The notes beneath the pieces were generated by a model. It did no database searches. It saw only the letters and a program-made list of their open reading frames with translations, and was not told the DNA's origin. Shown in pieces: positions 61,649 through 64,000 of a stretch of DNA of 64,000 bases. The position numbers and the translations under genes are program-made. Numbering within the stretch: position 1 is the stretch's first letter; every line of letters begins with the position of its first letter. The DNA comes from Paecilomyces variotii. Its lineage: Eukaryota. The stretch is taken from assembly GCA_004022145.1 (NCBI GenBank), contig RCNU01000002.1; one strand, 5' to 3'.

Positions 61649-64000
61649 AGAATCAGAAAGCTCGTTACCACCCTTTTCCGAATTTCTCCTAGTGGTACCT
61701 TTTTTGCAACATCTGTTAAATAGTAAGGAGCAGTCGGAGACCAAGGCTGCCCTAGAGAAGTCTCAGATCCACTCAGTGCGGCCTTGTCAAGCATGACCCG
61801 TTGCGCTAGACTCGACTCCACCTGGAGGAGCTTGCACTGCCACAATAATGGTCCCAGGTCCTTCATTCCTGTTGGTCTGCCCTGCGCATGGCAATCGATT
61901 CAGGGTACGCTCTGGAGTCTCTCCAGTTGTCCTGAGTGACGCTGGCTGCTGCTGCTGATAATGACGGAGCCTAGTTGAGGGAAAAGAAAACAATGCTCGA
62001 GGATCCAAGTGTCAAACCAGGATGGTCACATCATCAGTGGTGTATCGAAGTTCTGACGGCAGACGCCCATGTTTACATACAAAGAGATTATTGTCAACCC
62101 GTTTAGAGGTGCCTGTCTCCCTAACCAAAAGAAGCTGTTACGCAACTGTCCAGGTGGACACCCAGCCCATCCATTATTATGCCCCGTAAGCGCCGATTGC
62201 CAGCACTGGACAACGGATCCACACAAGCTCAGCAAGAAGTTGAGCGCTGCTGGGAGCCCATCTGCGAGGCCCCCCATCGAGTCCCAAGCTGAACTCCAAC
62301 GGAAGCATTTTCACAACCAAAAAATTCCTGAGGTCAGCGCGTCGATCAGATGTATTTGATTCGGGCATGCGACGCTGGCCCAGAACTTGTCGGCAGGCCG
62401 TGCCAATTAAACTTGACAGGTCTGTCGTTCGATGGCGAATTCAGAGAGAAGTTGGTGTTCCAGCGGGATGTCAAAGCTATCCGCTGACGGGTTAATTGCA
62501 ATCTTCTCTGGAGCCCTGACTGCATCCCAAGACCGGAAGATTGTCAGACAGGAACGCACTACTGCTCTGCCTGCTGCTTCCCCCTGGGCTGCATCGAATC
62601 CCGCGGGTCGCACGCAGCGACAGGGCGCATGAGGATTATCGAGGCAGGCTAGGGAGACGGCAGGGTGCGCCCTGAAGCGCCGCTGCAATATAAAGTTAGG
62701 CTAGGTTACTGTCCGGGCGCCGTCAGCCTTAAGAGGCTGCGGCTACGTGCCCGTGCACACGGCTCTAGTCAAGGGACGTTTAATGAGCTGCCGCAGTGAT
62801 CCCTCCAGATGACCTCCATAACCACCACACCACCACACCGACACCCATCACAATAATAATAGTCATAATGATCATAATAATAATAACCATGACCTCCAGG
62901 TGCCCTTAGGCTGTGGCGTTCCACGAACCGGCATCCCATTCCGCCGGATTGGGCACTTCTTCGGAGATATATCGTTGATTGATCGCCCTGTGGTCCTTGC
63001 TCTACGGACAGTTCGTCATCATGATTACGGCCGACTTGGGTTACTATGATACTGTCTCTATTACTCCGTATTTCATCAGTGATCGATCGTTCGTTCTGCT
63101 TGGCCCTGAGCATGCTCCATCATCCGGGGTCTTGTCTTTCTTCGCTCCCCTGCAGAGAGTCGGGGCGTCCAGAGTAGAGCTCTACCCTGACACAGTGGAG
63201 CTACCCGGGATATCAGACGATCCTCATGTGTTGGGGCACGGTCTCAACGGAGATTGCGGTCGAAACGATTAACAAAGAAAGCCTGATGTGTCCAGCTTAC
63301 CGGTCGAGTGCGGGGTGCGACAGCTTCCAGGATATTTATCATTTTTCAAGATTGGTTAGTCCTCGAGACACTTCGCCATATGTGCAACAAACAAAGTGCA
63401 ATTACCCGACGTCGTTGTTCCAAATCCCGATGGTCTAGCTTAACGCAGGGCAGACTAGTAACCTAGCAGTCGCGCAGTCTCACCATATTCATAACAATAA
63501 TCTGTTAAGAATACCCCACGTACCCAAGGAGGTCTAGCCAAGACTGTCATGTCATTGAGTTGGTGCTAGGCTTATTTTGTCTGGAAATAGTGAGCAGCTA
63601 AGCTAAGCTACACTTACGGTGCTTCTTGCAGACCCGCAGAATCAACGGAAATCGAAAATTGTTCCTTTTCGTACGGAGAAGGCTTGAATCCTGCACCTTA
63701 CTGGCTTGCTGCTGAGATATACTTTCAACCACTGTAGATGGTGCCAATGGGGATGCCGGGCCTCCGAGGAGGGCGCAAGCCCCGTCTACAAAATACGTTT
63801 TCAGAACAGGGAAATAGTGTGACTATAGGATTCCTTGTTACTGGTGCAGCTGACTTGTCATCTGGCCTCAAAGACACTGGTCAGAGTCAGACAGAAGCAC
63901 AGGTGCGGCGTAGCTGCTTATCTATAATAATAATACGTCACGGAACTCCTTTTGCTGTTATGTGAGGATTGGTTTGCTTCCAAGCAGCAAAGAGCTCATA

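Overview
Eukaryotic, intron-containing DNA from a filamentous ascomycete, most likely Eurotiales (Aspergillus/Paecilomyces-like). It has short GT-AG introns with CTAAC/CTGAC branch points, and most short ORFs in the supplied track are exon fragments or shadows. Left core block: the 3' end of palA/RIM20, a Zn2Cys6 activator next to an AROM-C-terminus-like repressor (best read as gaaR/gaaX, with a GARE motif upstream of the repressor), an aldo-keto reductase, a DENN-domain gene, TRAPPC13-like, SWIM/RING, CENP-N/CHL4, the sulfur regulator metR (unusually long, motif-rich intron) and a Ser-rich conserved protein. Right core block: STS1/cut8, MTR4, COX8, ELP1, ERG19/MVD1, a cytochrome c1-type heme lyase, PEP12, NDC1 and a C2H2 transcription factor with a >5 kb gene-free upstream region. 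Between the blocks (~31.4-35.9 kb) is the most unusual part: a ~4.5 kb mosaic of short coding fragments, with every recognisable piece on the + strand. It contains a Ty3/gypsy RNase H interrupted twice by foreign pieces (one 120-bp insert flanked by a perfect 15-bp direct repeat), a SNF2-like helicase C-terminal piece, and two synonymously diverged fragments of one unknown protein family. This resembles a fragment-capture or 'archive' locus rather than one decayed transposon; that interpretation is inference. No tRNA, rRNA or CRISPR array could be supported. All calls come from reading the sequence and recalled family motifs; no searches were run.
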